24,000 nt of DNA from Sphaerochaeta sp. (GTDB taxonomy: Bacteria > Spirochaetota > Spirochaetia > Sphaerochaetales > Sphaerochaetaceae): assembly GCA_052170315.1 (NCBI GenBank), contig JBQNAT010000010.1, positions 45,256 to 69,255 of the forward strand. Direction: 5' to 3'. The position numbers were made by a program, and so were the translations under genes. Within the stretch, counting starts at the first letter, position 1, and each line of letters opens with the position of its first letter. Positions 22,251 to 24,000 of this stretch are shown in pieces. The notes under the pieces were generated by a model. It saw only the letters and a program-made list of their open reading frames with translations. It made no database searches and was not told the DNA's origin.

Positions 22251-24000
22251 ATGGAAAAGAACTATGAGATTGTAGACAGCGTTGATTCGCTTGAAGCCTG
22301 TATCAGCCGTGTAAGGGCGGCTCAGAAAAGGTTCGCGTCATTTACACAGGAGCAGGTGGACAGGATTTTCCTTGCTGCCGCAAGCGCCGCGGACATGGCA
22401 AGAATTCCCCTTGCGAAGCTTGCTGTTGAGGAAACCGGAATGGGCATAGTGGAAGACAAGGTCATAAAGAACCACTTCGCCAGCGAATATATTTACAATG
22501 CCTACAGAGATGTAAAGACCTGCGGTGTAATAGAAGAGGATAAAGCTTACGGCTTTAAGAAAATTGCGGAACCCATAGGCCTTATCTGCGCCGTTATCCC
22601 GACAACAAACCCTACATCCACAGCGATTTTCAAGACCCTCATTTCTTTGAAAACCAGAAACGGCATAATCATAAGTCCGCATCCCAGAGCAAAGAAATCC
22701 ACCATAGAGGCATCCAGAGTAGTACTTGAGGCCGCAGTCAGGGCAGGAGCCCCTGAAGATATAATTTCATGGATTGATATACCCAGTCTGGATATGACCA
22801 ATCTTCTGATGAAGGAAGCCGATATCATTCTTGCAACCGGCGGACCCGGAATGGTAAAAGCCGCTTATTCATCGGGAAAGCCGGCCCTTGGCGTAGGACC
22901 CGGAAATACTCCGGCAATAATCGACGACAGCGCGGATATAGTTCTTGCTGTAAACTCCATTATCCATTCCAAGACCTTTGACAACGGCATGATATGCGCA
23001 TCCGAACAGTCCGTCATAGTCCTTGACGGGGTATACGGCAGAGTTAAGGATGAATTTGCCGCGCGCGGATGTTATTTCCTTAACCCGGAAGAAACCGAAA
23101 AAGTACGCAAAACCATACTGATAAACGGCTCTCTTAACGCGGCCATAGTAGGGCAGAGCGCTTCAAAAATTGCGAAGCTTGCAGGTTTTTCAGTACCCGA
23201 GGGAACTAAAATACTCATAGGTGAAGTGGAATCCGTAGAGCTTTCTGAGGAATTTGCCCATGAAAAGCTTTCACCCGTATTGGCAATGTACAGGGCAAAA
23301 GACATTACGGATGCCTTTGAGAAGGCCGAACATCTTATTGCGGACGGCGGGTACGGGCACACTTCATCTATCTACCTTAACGATACAACAGAAAGGGCTA
23401 AGCTTGACGAATTCGCTTCACGCATGAAGACCTGCAGAATACTGGTCAATACTCCTTCTTCGCAGGGCGGTATCGGAGATTTGTACAACTTCAGGCTCAC
23501 TCCTTCTCTTACGCTGGGCTGCGGCTCATGGGGCGGAAACAGTGTTTCTGAGAATGTGGGTGTAAAGCACCTTGTGAATATCAAGTCCGTTGCGGAAAGG
23601 AGAGAAAACATGCTCTGGTTCAGAACACCTGAGAAAGTCTATATAAAGAAGGGCTGTCTGCCCGTTGCCCTTGATGAGCTTAAGACCGTTATGGGCAAGA
23701 AGAGGGCCTTCATAGTTACCGATACCTTCCTGTATACCAACGGTTATACAAAACCCATTACCGACAAGCTTGACCAGATGGGCATTGTACATTCCACGTT
23801 CTTTGAGGTTGCGCCCGATCCGACGCTTGACTGCGCCATTCGCGGAGCCGAGCAGATGAAGGCCTTCAGACCGGATGTTATAATTGCCCTGGGCGGCGGC
23901 TCCGCAATGGACGCCGGAAAGATAATGTGGGTTCTTTATGAGCATCCGGAAGCCGATTTCATGGATATGGCAATGCGTTTTGTTGATATCCGCAAGCGTA
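22251..24000 (+). CDS. adhE: Bifunctional acetaldehyde-CoA / alcohol dehydrogenase, 3'-truncated by the window edge
   Basis: Absent from the ORF track because no stop lies within the window. Manual translation from ATG 22251 (GGAG 9 nt upstream) is open to nt 24000. It reads MEKNYEIVDSVDSLEACISRVRAAQKRFASFTQEQVD...PTTNPTSTAIFK...FDNGMICASEQS (ALDH catalytic Cys)...GCGSWGGNSVSENV...then the Fe-ADH domain with IIALGGGSAMDAGK. Confidence 0.93.
   Translation, partial: MEKNYEIVDSVDSLEACISRVRAAQKRFASFTQEQVDRIFLAAASAADMARIPLAKLAVEETGMGIVEDKVIKNHFASEYIYNAYRDVKTCGVIEEDKAYGFKKIAEPIGLICAVIPTTNPTSTAIFKTLISLKTRNGIIISPHPRAKKSTIEASRVVLEAAVRAGAPEDIISWIDIPSLDMTNLLMKEADIILATGGPGMVKAAYSSGKPALGVGPGNTPAIIDDSADIVLAVNSIIHSKTFDNGMICASEQSVIVLDGVYGRVKDEFAARGCYFLNPEETEKVRKTILINGSLNAAIVGQSASKIAKLAGFSVPEGTKILIGEVESVELSEEFAHEKLSPVLAMYRAKDITDAFEKAEHLIADGGYGHTSSIYLNDTTERAKLDEFASRMKTCRILVNTPSSQGGIGDLYNFRLTPSLTLGCGSWGGNSVSENVGVKHLVNIKSVAERRENMLWFRTPEKVYIKKGCLPVALDELKTVMGKKRAFIVTDTFLYTNGYTKPITDKLDQMGIVHSTFFEVAPDPTLDCAIRGAEQMKAFRPDVIIALGGGSAMDAGKIMWVLYEHPEADFMDMAMRFVDIRKR

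Noticed and set aside
1-24000. Mobile elements, prophage or defence islands, CRISPR arrays, tRNA/rRNA genes
   Set aside because: There are no transposase, integrase or recombinase motifs, no terminal inverted or direct repeat pairs at island scale, no short regularly spaced repeats, and no tRNA-like T-arm or acceptor patterns in the intergenic regions. Gene content is metabolic, housekeeping and envelope-related, with uniform-looking composition by eye.

Overview
Chromosomal window from an anaerobic bacterium with 22 supported CDS, tightly packed. There are no rRNA or tRNA genes, no CRISPR array, and no transposase or integrase. The envelope genes (signal-peptide beta-barrel-like proteins, a lipoprotein) suggest a diderm cell, while the T-box regulation is Firmicute-style; I cannot assign taxonomy from sequence alone. 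The main result lies in nt ~1400-9210. A sigma70-like promoter and a well-formed T-box riboswitch, whose specifier I read as AUC (Ile), precede eight tightly spaced or overlapping genes. These encode an XRE-HTH + cupin + medium-chain acyl-CoA synthetase fusion, a C-N hydrolase (omega-amidase-like), a branched-chain aminotransferase (ilvE), an orphan P-loop NTPase, and a four-subunit (delta-alpha-beta-gamma) 2-oxoacid:ferredoxin oxidoreductase. Together they look like a tRNA-Ile-sensing operon that makes isoleucine or other branched-chain amino acids by reductive carboxylation of exogenous branched short-chain fatty acids. That biochemistry is known physiologically in rumen and gut anaerobes but is poorly defined genetically. 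Downstream are a PucR-family regulator with an FCY1-like deaminase, a COG2509-type FAD protein, a PrsW protease, an AEC transporter, a flavin reductase, a Na/Pi-PhoU transporter and trpS. Next comes an envelope module with a serine-palmitoyltransferase-like alpha-oxoamine synthase between two beta-barrel-like proteins and a rhodanese lipoprotein. The window ends in a 3'-truncated adhE that the ORF track omits. All calls rest on motif recognition by eye; no database searches were run.
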